63,288 nucleotides of DNA, filler included, from Reclinomonas americana ATCC 50394 (GCA_048213135.1; 7 parts of 7 records of this genome joined end to end with filler, not necessarily neighbours in it); one strand, 5' to 3'. Positions 22,401 to 32,183 are shown, counted from the whole stretch's first letter. Notes: generated from the sequence alone by a model not told the origin. Numbers and translations: made by a program.

Positions 22401-22866
22401 CGAAACCTACGGACCGGTCAGCACCTTGCCGACCCCGGCTTATTTCTATGGCCTTTCGGTCGGCGAGGAGGTCCTGCCGGAGATCGAGACGGGCAAGGCC
22501 CTGGTTATCCAGCACGTCGCCACCGCCGAGCCCGACGAGCAGGCCATGGTCAAGGTCTTCTTCGAACTCAACGGCCAGTCGCGGATCATCAAGGTTCCAG
22601 ACCGCATGTGTGTCGCCAGCCGGGCTGTCCGGCGGAAGGCCGAGCCTGGTAATCCTGACCAAGTCGGTGCTCCAATGCCCGGCATGATCTCTATGGTCGC
22701 TGTTGCGCTCGGGCAAGCGATCAAGGCCGGCGACGTGCTGCTCTCAATCGAGGCCATGAAAATGGAGACTTTTCTCCACGCGGACCGCGATGGCACCGTT
22801 ACGGAGGTGCTCGTCGTGGTAGGCGACCAGATCGACACCAAGGACTTGCTCGTTTCACTGGGTTGA
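19408..22866 (+). CDS. pyc: Pyruvate carboxylase
   Basis: Biotin carboxylase (ANRSEIAIRV, ERDCSIQRRNQK), carboxyltransferase (DTTMRDAHQS, HEMPGGQ) and biotin carrier (EAMKME) domains. Confidence 0.98.
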   Translation: MTPINKILVANRSEIAIRVFRAANELGLKTVAVWAEEDKLALHRFKADESYRVGRGSHLARDLGPIESYLSIGEMIRVAKLSGADAIHPGYGLLSESPEFAEACAANNITFIGPTPATMRQLGNKVAARNLAVAVGVPVVPATAPLPDDLDDVATMAEAIGYPVMLKASWGGGGRGMRVIRQRADLAREVMEAKREAKAAFGKDEVYLEKLVERARHVESQILGDRHGNIVHLYERDCSIQRRNQKVIERAPAPYLTEAQRAELAEYSLRIAKATHYVGAGTVEYLMDADSGQFYFIEVNPRIQVEHTVTELVTGVDIVKAQIHILEGHPIGTEASGVPQQAEIRLNGHALQCRVTTEDPEHNFIPDYGRITGYRAASGFGIRLDGGTAYPGAVITRYYDPLLEKVTAWAPTPREVIARMDRALREFRIRGVATNLTFLEAIVGHPAFAEMSYTTRFIDTTPELFRQMKRQDRATKLLTYLADVTVNGHPEARDRARPPANAAAPVVPSTDMPIVPGTRQKLDELGPHGFARWVREQKPVLMTDTTMRDAHQSLLATRMRSFDISRIAPAYARALPNLFSLECWGGATFDVAMRFLTEDPWERLTKIREGAPNILLQMLLRGANGVGYKNYPDNVVRYFIRQAAKGGIDLFRVFDCLNWVDNMRVAMDTVIEEGRLCEAAICYTGDILDSARPKYDLRYYAGLAGELERAGAHLIALKDMAGLLKPAAARVLFKALREASDLPIHLHTHDTSGIAAATVLAAVEAGVDIVDAAMDSVSGGTSQPCLGSMVEALNGSERDPGLDPAWIRRISCYWEAARNQYAAFESDLKGPASEVYLHEMPGGQFTNLKEQARSLGLEARWHEVAQAYADANRMFGDIVKVTPSSKVVGDMALIMVSQELTVADVENPDKDIAFPESVVSMLRGDLGQPPGGWPEALRKKVLKGEASYTVRPGSLLQEANLDAERREIETRLARAVSDTEFASYLMYPKVFTEFALTAETYGPVSTLPTPAYFYGLSVGEEVLPEIETGKALVIQHVATAEPDEQAMVKVFFELNGQSRIIKVPDRMCVASRAVRRKAEPGNPDQVGAPMPGMISMVAVALGQAIKAGDVLLSIEAMKMETFLHADRDGTVTEVLVVVGDQIDTKDLLVSLG

Positions 22867-23614
22867 AAAGAACAGGCGTATCATTTCGTCACAACTCGTG
22901 GACGTGCCCATTGCGGCAGGGAGGCTAGCTGTGGCTAGACCAGGTCGGGGCTATCCCGTCTTATTCATGAGGGCACTGGATCGAGAGTGGCGAGCGTAGC
23001 GTAAAGCACTGATTTGGCTTAGGGATTGGGTGCTGACGCCAACATCCTTCACCTGATCGAGCCCGCCACGCCCGCCATGTCCGATGCTACAGCGCTGCCG
23101 TTCGCGTTTCCATCCGTCCGGGGCAAGAAGCTCACAGCCGCCTTCGACGGCGGACGCCTGACCTCGGACGGTGGTGTCTTGCTGCTTTCACAGGCCGCCC
23201 GGCGGTTGCGCATTGCCGAAAAGCTCGCCGCCGTGATCCCCGATCGGCGCGATCCGAGCCGGGTCTTGCACCCTCTGCCCGAGATCCTGCTCGCCCGTAT
23301 CCTGGCCATCGCCTGCGGCTACGAGGATGCCGACGACCTCGATCACCTGCGCGCCGATCCCGCCTTCAAGCTCGCCTGCGGCCGCCTGCCCGAGAGCGGC
23401 CTCGAGCTGATGAGCCAGCCCACCGTCTCACGGCTGGAGAACACGCCCGGCCTGCGCGATCTGATCCGGCTCGGACGGGTGATGGTCGAGCTGTATTGCG
23501 CCAGCTGTGCACGGCGGTGAGAAAACCATCCAGTGAAGCGCCTGCGTTTGTGCGGGCGCGGGCGGCGTAAAAGTCGTCCACTGGATAGGCTGATCCCTTT
23601 CGGGGTCGGCGGGG

Positions 23615-25114
23615 ATGTTCGCTGTGGAGGTCTACGCGGCGGTTCGCGATTTCGTTTTCAATCAGAAGCAGAGCCGACGGGAAGCGGCTCGCGTGTTCGG
23701 GCTGAGCCGCGAAACGATCGCCAAGATGTGCCGGTTCTCGATCCCTCCGGGCTACACGCGCACGAAGCCGGTCGAGAAGCCGAAGCTCGGTCCGCTGCTG
23801 CCGGTGATTGAGGCGATCCTGGACGGAGACCGGGCGTCTCCGGTGAAGCAGCGCCATACGGCGAAGCGGATCTTCGAGCGGCTGCGGGACGAGCACGGCT
23901 TTGCCGGCGGCTACACGGTGGTGAAGGACCATGTGCGGCTCTGCCGGGCGCGGGGCCGCGAGACCTTCGTTCCGCTGGCCCATCCGCCCGGTCACGCCCA
24001 GGTGGATTTTGGCGAGGCGCTGGCGGTGATCGGCGGCGTGCGGCAGAAGATCCACTTCTTCTGCCTGGACCTGCCACAGTCGGATGCCTGCTTCGTGAAG
24101 GCGTATCCGCGCGAGACGACGGAAGCGTTCCTGGACGGTCACGTCTCGGCTTTTGGCTTCTTCGGCGGTGTGCCGCTGTCGATCCTCTATGACAACACCC
24201 GCATTGCGGTGGCGAAGATCTGCGGCGATGGCCGGCGCGAGCGGACGCGGGCCTTCACCGAGCTGGTGAGCCACTATCTGTTCCGGGATCGGTTCGGGCG
24301 CCCGGGCAAAGGTAACGACAAGGGCAAGGTCGAGGGGCTGGTGAAGTATGCCCGCTCGAACTTCATGACGCCGATCCCTTTGGCGGCGAGCTTCGCCGAA
24401 CTGAACGCGATGTTGGCCGAGCGCTGCCGCCGCCGACAGGACGAGCGGGCCGGCCGGCATGGCCAGACGATCGGGGAACGGCTTGTTGCCGATCTCGGGG
24501 TCTTGCGCCCTTTGCCGGCAGTGCCGCTGGAGCCGTGCGAGAAGCGTGGTGCGCGGGTCTCGTCGACGGCGCTGGTCCGATATCGGTCGAACGACTACTC
24601 GGTCCCGACGGACTATGGCTTCCAGGACGTGGTGGTGAAGGGCTTCGTCGAGGAGGTCGTGATCCTGTGCCGGGGCGAGGAGATTGCCCGCCATCCCCGC
24701 AATTACGGGACGGGCGTGTTCGTCTCCGATCCGCTGCACTATCTGGCGCTAATCGAGGAGAAGCCGAACGCCCTCGACCAGGCGGCGGCCTTGCAGGGCT
24801 GGGACCTGCCCGAGGCCTTCCAGCACCTGCGCCATCTCCTGGAAGCGCGCATGGGCAATCGCGGCAAGCGCGAGTTCATCCAGGTGCTGCGGCTGATGGA
24901 GGCCCTGCCGCGCGACATCGTGAGCTTCGCCGTCGGCGAGGCGATCCATCTCGGTGCGATCGGCTTCGATGCGGTGAAGCTGATCGCGCTGGCGCGGCTG
25001 GAACGGCGCCCACCGCGCCTCGACCTCGCGGCCTATCCGCATCTGCCGAGAACGGCGGTGAAGACGACGTCGGCCTCCGATTATGCCGTGCTCCTGCCGG
25101 GAGCGGCGGCATGA
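23615..25114 (+). CDS. istA: IS21 transposase IstA
   Basis: AQVDFG, ILYDN, KGKVE form the DDE motifs. Confidence 0.96.
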   Translation: MFAVEVYAAVRDFVFNQKQSRREAARVFGLSRETIAKMCRFSIPPGYTRTKPVEKPKLGPLLPVIEAILDGDRASPVKQRHTAKRIFERLRDEHGFAGGYTVVKDHVRLCRARGRETFVPLAHPPGHAQVDFGEALAVIGGVRQKIHFFCLDLPQSDACFVKAYPRETTEAFLDGHVSAFGFFGGVPLSILYDNTRIAVAKICGDGRRERTRAFTELVSHYLFRDRFGRPGKGNDKGKVEGLVKYARSNFMTPIPLAASFAELNAMLAERCRRRQDERAGRHGQTIGERLVADLGVLRPLPAVPLEPCEKRGARVSSTALVRYRSNDYSVPTDYGFQDVVVKGFVEEVVILCRGEEIARHPRNYGTGVFVSDPLHYLALIEEKPNALDQAAALQGWDLPEAFQHLRHLLEARMGNRGKREFIQVLRLMEALPRDIVSFAVGEAIHLGAIGFDAVKLIALARLERRPPRLDLAAYPHLPRTAVKTTSASDYAVLLPGAAA

Positions 25115-25965
25115 CAAAAGAGACGATGCCGGCGGGCACGACCGCGGGAACGCCGCAGGTTCTGCTGGCGCACCACCTCAAGCAACTGAAGCTGCCAACC
25201 GTCCTGCGCGAGTACGACAAGGTGGCACGGGAATGCTCCCGCGACGGCGTCGATCATCCCCGCTACCTGCTACGGTTGGTCGAGCTCGAACTGATCGACC
25301 GGGAGCGGCGCACGGTCGAGCGGCGGATCCGGGCGGCGCGCTTCCCAGCGGTGAAGAGCTTCGACACCTTCGACTTCACGGCGATCCCGAGCCTGAACAA
25401 GATGCTCGTGCTGGAGCTGGCGCGCTGCGGCTACATCCTGCGCCGGGAGAACATCATCGCGCTCGGCAACAGCGGCACCGGCAAGACCCATGTCGCCCTC
25501 GCGCTCGGGCTGGCCGCTTGCCAGAAGGGCTTCTCCGTCGCCTTCACGACGGCGGCTTCGCTGGTCAACCAGCTTCTCGAGGCCCGCGACGAGAAGCGCC
25601 TGCTCCGGCTCCAGCGCGAGTTGCAGGCGGTCAAGCTGCTGATCGTCGACGAGCTTGGTTATGTGCCGCTGTCACCGACCGGCGCCGAGCTCCTGTTCGA
25701 GGTCTTCTCGCAGCGCTACGAGCGCGGCTCGACCATCGTCACCTCGAACCTGCCCTTCGAGGACTGGACGTCCGTCCTGGGATCGGAACGGCTGACCGGC
25801 GCGCTGCTCGACCGCCTGACCCACCACGTCAGCATCCTCGCCATGAACGGCGACAGCTACCGCCTCAGGCAATCCGCCGGTCGCCGGCGTGCCGCCGCCG
25901 CGGCGGAGCAAAACCAGGCCACCCCAGACGAAGCCGATCCCGAAACCGGGGAGATCATCGCCTGA
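25111..25965 (+). CDS. istB: IS21 helper ATPase IstB
   Basis: [33 protein letters not shown] overlap with istA. Confidence 0.96.
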   Translation: MTKETMPAGTTAGTPQVLLAHHLKQLKLPTVLREYDKVARECSRDGVDHPRYLLRLVELELIDRERRTVERRIRAARFPAVKSFDTFDFTAIPSLNKMLVLELARCGYILRRENIIALGNSGTGKTHVALALGLAACQKGFSVAFTTAASLVNQLLEARDEKRLLRLQRELQAVKLLIVDELGYVPLSPTGAELLFEVFSQRYERGSTIVTSNLPFEDWTSVLGSERLTGALLDRLTHHVSILAMNGDSYRLRQSAGRRRAAAAAEQNQATPDEADPETGEIIA

Positions 25966-25981
25966 TCAACACCGGCAGTGC

Positions 25982-26019
25982 GATATGGCAAGGGCCCCGA
26001 TCGGGGCCCTTGCCATATC
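25982..26019. repeat. Perfect 38-bp palindrome in the IS21 right end
   Basis: GATATGGCAAGGGCCCCGA-TCGGGGCCCTTGCCATATC with no spacer. Confidence 0.95.
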
Positions 26020-27540
26020 CGCCGCTCCCCAACGCCAGTGGCCTGCTTTTACTCCGCCACGATGGCCTGGAATCCGACCGCCGTTGACAGCCAGCTATGC
26101 CGCGCCGCCCAAAGCCGTCACCCTGGATATCGACGACACCTGCGACGTGGTGCATGGCCACCAGCAGCTCTCGCTGTTCAACGGCCATTACGATGAACGC
26201 TGCTTTCTACCGATCCACGTCTACGACACCGCCACCAGCCGTCCCGTCGCGGTCATCCTGCGGCCGGGCAAGACGCCCTCTGGACACGAGGTGTGCGGCC
26301 ATCTGCGCCGCCTGGTCCGCGCCATCCGCCGCCACTGGCCGGACACCGCGATCACGCTGCGTGGCGATGGCCATTACGGTCGGCCCGAGGTCATGGATTG
26401 GTGCGAGGACAACGCCATCGCCTACGTCTTCGGCCTGACCGGCACCAAGGTATTGGCCGCCAAGGTCGAGCCGACCGCCGATCCTATCCGGGTCGAGCGG
26501 GCGATCGGCAACAAGGACGTGGTGCGCGGCTTTGCCGAGGCCACCCACGCGGCCAAGTCCTGGCGGCAGAAGCGCCGCGTCGTCGCCCGCATCGAGGCCA
26601 CCCGGCTCGGGCTCGACATCCGCTACGTGGTCACCAACATCGCGACCGGCACGCCGGAATGGCTCTATGCCGACCTCTATTGTGCCCGAGGGCAAGCCGA
26701 GAACCTGATCAAGTTGCACAAGAGCCAACTCGCCTCCGACCGCACCTCCTGCCGGAGCCCCGCCGCCAACCAGATGCGGCTTGTGCTGCACACTGCCGCC
26801 TATTGGCTGATGCTCACATGGCGCGACGCCATCCCGAAAACCCACGGCCTCGCCAAGGCCGAGTTCGCGACGATCCGCCTGCGCCTGCTCAAGCTCGGAG
26901 CCCGCATCCGCGAGACCGCTGCTCGTGTCCGCCTCGCCTTCGCCGCTGCCTGCCCCGAGGCTGATCTGTTGCGCCTTCTCGCCGGTGCACTCGCCCCGGC
27001 TCCTGCCTGAACGACGGGGCCAAGACGCCCCGAAAATCCGATCCCGTCCCTCTCGCCATCGACCAAACAATCCAGATTAGCCAACGACGCACGACCAATC
27101 AGGACGGCGCTCGACAAGGCACGCTCGCAGCCAAAAACCTTGGCCGTCCACAGACGTCGTGAATAAGACGGGCTATATCGCCAACTGCATCGTCGCGAAT
27201 GTTGCTGATGTCGAAAGCCTGCAGAGCAAAAAATCCTAAGATCGCCGCCCGCTTGCGATCGGCGCGGACAGCTGGCTCGATGGGCCTACATGCGCTCGCT
27301 ATGAAACGTTATTGCTTGCAGCTCCTCCGCCGTTTGATGCGCTATATGCTAACTAAAATACAGAGAAATCAGCCCAGTATGACACGAAAGTCGCGATTCC
27401 CGCACGCGAATTCCCGCCATGAACTGTAGATTTCGACAGTTTTTGTGAAACGTTTTCTTGACTCATTGAGCGCAAGGCGAGATTGTGGATGGGAAGTGAC
27501 GCTCTGCGTCCTCCAGGAATTAGACTTCACAGGAGAGGTA

Positions 27541-28674
27541 ATGGGTCCGCTGGCCTCGGTTAGAATTATTGAGTTCGCGGGCATCGGTCCGGCGCCTATG
27601 GCGGCGATGATGTTTGCCGACCTCGGCGCTACTGTTCTCCGGATTGAAAGACCAACCGCGGTCGAGGCTGGCATACGCAGGCCACTGGCGTTTCAGCTCA
27701 CAATGCGCGGGCGGAAAGCGATTGCCCTGGACCTGAAGAATTCCGCGCATGTGGAGTTGGCCTTGAAAATCATCGGTTCTGCCGATGGGCTTATCGAAGG
27801 GTTCAGGCCTGGTGTGATGGAGCGTCTCGGACTTGGTCCGGACATTTGCCTCGCCCGCAATCCGACATTGGTCTACGGCCGAATGACTGGTTGGGGGCAG
27901 ACCGGTCCACTGGCGCAGGTTGCGGCGCACGATTTGAATTACATCGCCCTCACCGGCGCACTGCACGCCATCGGCCGAAAGGGGCAGCCGCCAACGCCGC
28001 CCCTGAACCTCCTCGGTGATCTAGGAGGGGGCGCGACCTATCTTGCGTTCGGAATGGCCTCCGCAATGCTCCATGCTCGGCAAACCGGCGAAGGTCAGAT
28101 CGTTGACGCAGCGATTGTCGATGGCGTCGCCCATCTTATGACAAACGCCCACGGTTTGCTTGCTGCCGGCGTTACGACCGAGGCCCGAGGTGAAAACATC
28201 GCTGATTCAGGTGCGTTTCACTATGATTCCTATCAATGCAGCGATGGGGAATGGATCTCGATCGCTCCGTTGGAGGACCGATTTTACGGCAGGTTCATGG
28301 ATGTAATCGGTTTGGCTAGGAGCGATCTACCCCCGCCAGACGACCGAGCGCGGTGGGATGAGGGGAAGTTAAAGCTGGCCAAGCTTTTTCGTACGAAGTC
28401 GCGCGCGGAATGGGTCGAACTACTGGAGGGAACCGACGCCTGTTTCGCGCCGGTCTTGAAGGTCTCTGAAGCGCCGGATCACCCTCACATGCAGAGCCGC
28501 GGCATCTATGCTGATATTGGCGGAATCACTCAGCCACTGCCAGCGCCACGGTTCAGCCGAACGGTACCGGCGACGCCGACCCCGCCCGCTGGTGCATCCT
28601 TGGCTACGGACGCTGAAGCATTGGCCGGGTGGCTGGCCCCCGACGAAATAGCCCGCTTTATAGCGGCGAGATGA
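27541..28674 (+). CDS. CaiB/BaiF family, alpha-methylacyl-CoA racemase-like
   Basis: EFAGIGPAP, IEGFRPGVMERLGLGP, GWGQTGP, HDLNYIAL, PAPRFSRT. Confidence 0.93.
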   Translation: MGPLASVRIIEFAGIGPAPMAAMMFADLGATVLRIERPTAVEAGIRRPLAFQLTMRGRKAIALDLKNSAHVELALKIIGSADGLIEGFRPGVMERLGLGPDICLARNPTLVYGRMTGWGQTGPLAQVAAHDLNYIALTGALHAIGRKGQPPTPPLNLLGDLGGGATYLAFGMASAMLHARQTGEGQIVDAAIVDGVAHLMTNAHGLLAAGVTTEARGENIADSGAFHYDSYQCSDGEWISIAPLEDRFYGRFMDVIGLARSDLPPPDDRARWDEGKLKLAKLFRTKSRAEWVELLEGTDACFAPVLKVSEAPDHPHMQSRGIYADIGGITQPLPAPRFSRTVPATPTPPAGASLATDAEALAGWLAPDEIARFIAAR

Positions 28675-29759
28675 GGCGGCAGCGCGAACTGTTGATGTCA
28701 GGCAGTCAGGACACGCACAGCACGATGGACGACTGGATACATTCCGTCGAGGGTGCCGACGATATTCTTCGTATCAGTTTGCCGATTCCGTATGCACCGG
28801 GGCAGGTGAATGCGTGGCTGATTGAAGATGGAGATGGATGGGCGGTTATTGACGTCGGCGCTCAAAACGGACCCACGTACGCGTTTTGGCGGAGGGCCAT
28901 CGAAGCCCCGCTTCGGGGCCGCCCCATCCAACGCATCATCGCGACACACCATCACACGGATCATATCGGTCCGGCGGGCTGGCTGTGCGGTCTGACGGGC
29001 GCGTCCTTCAGCGCGAGCCGTAGCGGTTATCTGGCAGCGCTTGCGCTGCGCTCGGATATGGATGGGACCCGGCTCGCTAGTGAATGTTCCCGCTTTCGTG
29101 CTGCCGGATGCGACGAGGGATGGATCGAGACGCTAGCTCGGCAGCCATCTTATCGTGATCACGTCGGATCGCTGCCACCGGCCTACATCCGGATTTCAGA
29201 CGGCGATGAAATCACAATCGGTGGGAGTGCATGGCGGGTGATCGCCACGGAGGGGCACGCGGGTGATCAACTGATGTTTTTCAGTTCCTCCCGGAATCTT
29301 CTGCTCTCCGCCGATCAGGTGCTCGCCACCGCGCAACCGATGCTGATTACCACTCCACTAGATCCATCTGCTGACCCTTTGGCGGATTTTGCAAGATCGT
29401 TGCGACGGCTCACGGCACTTCCTGAGAGCGCGACAATACTTCCCGGGCACGGAGCGCCGTTCGTCGGGCTTCATGCTGAAATCGCAAGGCAACTGGGAAG
29501 CCGGGCTCGGCGCCTAGTCCGTCTCGCAGAGGCTTGTCGCGAAGAGGCTACGGCCTACGAGATCGCGACAGCGGTTATGCGTCGCACCGTCGAGTACTCC
29601 GAGATGACTGTGGTCATTGGTGAAACCCTGTCTCACCTTGATTTCCTGGTCAGAAGGGGAGCGATTGAGCGTACGACCCATCCTGGCGGCCCGGACCGAT
29701 ACCGCGCTTTGGCCCAACTGGAAGTTAGCGACGCCAGCAGGCTGCTTGCAACAGCCTAA
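28671..29759 (+). CDS. MBL-fold metallo-hydrolase (start 28671 or 28695)
   Basis: THHHTDHIG, GHA, SADQV, PGHG motifs. Confidence 0.9.
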   Translation: MRRQRELLMSGSQDTHSTMDDWIHSVEGADDILRISLPIPYAPGQVNAWLIEDGDGWAVIDVGAQNGPTYAFWRRAIEAPLRGRPIQRIIATHHHTDHIGPAGWLCGLTGASFSASRSGYLAALALRSDMDGTRLASECSRFRAAGCDEGWIETLARQPSYRDHVGSLPPAYIRISDGDEITIGGSAWRVIATEGHAGDQLMFFSSSRNLLLSADQVLATAQPMLITTPLDPSADPLADFARSLRRLTALPESATILPGHGAPFVGLHAEIARQLGSRARRLVRLAEACREEATAYEIATAVMRRTVEYSEMTVVIGETLSHLDFLVRRGAIERTTHPGGPDRYRALAQLEVSDASRLLATA

Positions 29760-29850
29760 AGACCGCAAGATCGATCGGACTACGCCCCGCAATTGCAATG
29801 CCAGTCTAGACAACATCGTTTCTCAGGAAATCCAAGATGGGACAGAATCA

Positions 29851-31074
29851 ATGAGGTCGCCTGAATTTGGCGCCCTTGCCGGGCTGAGGGTGCTCGATCT
29901 GACGATGGTACTCGCGGGCCCATTTTGCAGCATGCTGCTGGCCGACCACGGCGCCGATGTTATAAAAATCGAGCCCCCGTCCGGTGATATGACCCGGAAA
30001 CTTGGACCGTTCTTTGCGGACGATGCTGAGCGGGCATATGGCGGCTATTTTCAAAGCGTCAATCGAAACAAGCGCAGCATCGCGCTCGATCTGAAATCGC
30101 AGGCCGGCAAGGATGTATTCTTACGCCTTGCCGAAACCGCGGACGTGATCGTGGAGAACTTTCGACCTGGAGTTATGGACCGGCTGGGCCTAGGTTACGA
30201 ACTTCTGTCAGCTCGAAATCGGCGGCTCGTCTACGCGGCACTGCGCGGTTTTGGAGATCCCAGAACGGGATCGAGCCCGCTTGCCGACTGGCCCGCATAC
30301 GATGTCGTGGCGCAAGCCGTCGGAGGCATCATGGGTGTTACGGGCCCATCGCGCACCCAACCTCTCAAGGTGGGGCCCGGTGTCGGCGATATGGTCCCGG
30401 GTCTCTTTCTGGCGTTCGGACTCCTGGCAGCAGTTCGTCATGCGGAGCGAACGGGACAAGGACAGTTCGTCGATGTCGCGATGTATGATGCGGTGCTCGC
30501 GCTATGCGAACGGATCGTCTACCAGTTCGATCACCACGGTAAGAGCCCAGGGCCCGAAGGAAACCATCATCCCCTGCTCTGTCCATTCGGCATTTTCCCA
30601 ACTTCGGATGGCTGGGCCGCGATCGGGTGCCCCGAGGACGCGTTCTGGGTTGACCTTTGCGCAGCCATGGGTCGGCCTGAGATGGCAAGAGATGCAGCGT
30701 TTGCGACAACTCGTGATCGCGTGGCTAACAGTGATCGCGTAATCCGTGCCGTAACAGATTGGAGCTCGCAACTCACGAAAGCGCAGATCGCGGCGCTGAT
30801 AGGGGGGCGAGTGCCATTTGGCCCCGTCCATACTGCCGAAGACATCTTTACCGACCCCCACGTGGTGGCCCGGGGTATGCTCGCCACGCTTGACCATGCT
30901 GGCTCCAATTCGCGCGCCACCGTAGCCAACACCCCCATCCGCATGACGCGGACGGAGGGAGGAGCCCGGAGCAGAGCGCCGCGCCTCAGTGAGAATGCCG
31001 TCACTATCCTCGAGGAGGTGGGTTACACTCAGATTGAGATAGCATCGCTGCGGTTGCAGTCCGTCGTTGGTTGA
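29851..31074 (+). CDS. CaiB/BaiF (family III) CoA-transferase
   Basis: LAGLRVLDL, AGPF, VNRNKRS, ENFRPGVMDRLGLGY, PAYD. Confidence 0.95.
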   Translation: MRSPEFGALAGLRVLDLTMVLAGPFCSMLLADHGADVIKIEPPSGDMTRKLGPFFADDAERAYGGYFQSVNRNKRSIALDLKSQAGKDVFLRLAETADVIVENFRPGVMDRLGLGYELLSARNRRLVYAALRGFGDPRTGSSPLADWPAYDVVAQAVGGIMGVTGPSRTQPLKVGPGVGDMVPGLFLAFGLLAAVRHAERTGQGQFVDVAMYDAVLALCERIVYQFDHHGKSPGPEGNHHPLLCPFGIFPTSDGWAAIGCPEDAFWVDLCAAMGRPEMARDAAFATTRDRVANSDRVIRAVTDWSSQLTKAQIAALIGGRVPFGPVHTAEDIFTDPHVVARGMLATLDHAGSNSRATVANTPIRMTRTEGGARSRAPRLSENAVTILEEVGYTQIEIASLRLQSVVG

Positions 31075-31271
31075 CCCGTGTTGGCATCTTCAATTGACGA
31101 TCTTGTAAAAAATTTGACTCTAGCGGTTTGTCAGGCGCAGATGCGGACGATTCGGAGCTCGAACGATCTGGCGCTCGGTATTGAGTCGACAACTGCGGTC
31201 AAGAACCCGTTTGTCATCGCCGTGAAAGTTCTTGCGCTTCGGCTCGACATCGCTCTTCAGCAGGCACGCCG

Positions 31272-32183
31272 ATGACGGTGCCGACTTGGAACTTGGGCGG
31301 CTTGGTTCTAGCCATTGTCGGTGGTGACAGGCGCGAGCAGGAAATCGCGCGTGAGGCAGTTCGATCCGGCGCGACTGTGCGCATTCACGGCTTCCCTGTC
31401 CCGGCTGAGGGAATTGCCGGCGCCACGCTTGCCGATTCTCCACAGGAGGCAGCCAAAGACGCGGACGTCCTGTTACTGCCTCTGCCGTCCATGATCGGTT
31501 CGACCGTTTTCTCTCCCGAGGCTACTGGCGCAGTCGTCGTCGATAATAAAGTCCTTTCGGTGATGCGCGCAGGCGGCGTGGTGCTGGGAGGTAGCGCCGA
31601 TGCTGCATTCGAGAAGCTGATCGTCACTGCAAACCTGGCGTTCATCGGATATGAGCACGACGAAGAAGGCCGCATCGCGCGGGCTCCGGCGATCGCCGAG
31701 GGTGCGATTGCTCGTATAGTGAGCGAAACTCAAAGGACGATCAACGGCGCAAACATCGTCCAGATCGGTTACGGAGTCGTCGGGCGGCAACTTGCCGACA
31801 CTTTGCGCGCTCTTGGTGCTCACACAGCCGTCTCAACGCGAGACCCCATCAGGCAGGAAGAGGCGCGCGCTCGCGGTCACCTTTGTATGAGCAATATCGC
31901 AGTTACCACCTATCTGGCCGATGCCGATCTGCTGATCAACACAGTTCCCGCTCTCGTCGTAAACGAGAGACTTTTATCGGCAATTCCGGAAGGCTGCCTC
32001 GTGATCGACCTGGCGTCGCCTCCCGGCGGCGTCGATCGAGAAGCTGCGGTCCGGCTACGACGTCGCGTTGTGTGGGCGAGGGGGATGGGAGCGACTTCCC
32101 CGGTATCTGTAGGTCGAACTCAATGGGCAGTCGTAGCCAAACTGATAACTAAGTACGTGGCTGATGGCCGTGGGTTGCGGTAG
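31272..32183 (+). CDS. Dipicolinate synthase subunit A (DpaA/SpoVFA)-like NAD(P)-binding protein
   Basis: AIVGGDRRE, LLLPLP, AIAEGAI, IGYGVVG, INTVPALVV, IDLASPPGGVD, WARGM match DpaA hallmarks (GGD.RQ, PTAEG, NT.P, IDLASKPGG.D). Confidence 0.75.
   Translation: MTVPTWNLGGLVLAIVGGDRREQEIAREAVRSGATVRIHGFPVPAEGIAGATLADSPQEAAKDADVLLLPLPSMIGSTVFSPEATGAVVVDNKVLSVMRAGGVVLGGSADAAFEKLIVTANLAFIGYEHDEEGRIARAPAIAEGAIARIVSETQRTINGANIVQIGYGVVGRQLADTLRALGAHTAVSTRDPIRQEEARARGHLCMSNIAVTTYLADADLLINTVPALVVNERLLSAIPEGCLVIDLASPPGGVDREAAVRLRRRVVWARGMGATSPVSVGRTQWAVVAKLITKYVADGRGLR

Larger units (their letters stand above)
23506..26089 (+). mobile_element. Complete IS21-family element
   Basis: TG...CA ends (TGTGCACGGCGGT / ACCGCCGTTGACA), 6-bp TSD GCCAGC (23500-23505, 26090-26095), istA-istB. 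Confidence 0.95.
23077..27010 (+). pseudogene. IS1380 transposase split into 23077-23505 and 26096-27010
   Basis: FDGGRLTSDGG, SQPTVSRLEN before the break; LDIDDT, RGDGHY, RGQAENLIK after it. Removing the IS21 and one TSD restores the frame (YCASYAAP). Confidence 0.93.
22955..27172 (+). mobile_element. IS1380-family element interrupted by an IS21 element
   Basis: IRs CCCGTCTTATTCA / TGAATAAGACGGG and a 4-bp TSD CTAT (22951-22954, 27173-27176). Confidence 0.93.

Noticed and set aside
23366..24739. Long antisense or alternate-frame ORFs (also 583-1344, 9857-10675, 49226-50008, 52408-53433, 55180-56043)
   Set aside because: Shadows of real genes in GC-rich DNA, with no recognisable motifs.
24535..27010. 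ORF-track N-terminal extensions of istB (24535) and the IS1380 3' part (25889)
   Set aside because: Artefacts of open frames; the real starts and junctions are 25111 and 26096.
18587..32183. etfA plus the DpaA-like gene as a dipicolinate-synthesis system
   Set aside because: The ETF is adequately explained by the acyl-CoA dehydrogenase; the genes are about 12 kb apart and no dapA or dpaB is present in the window.
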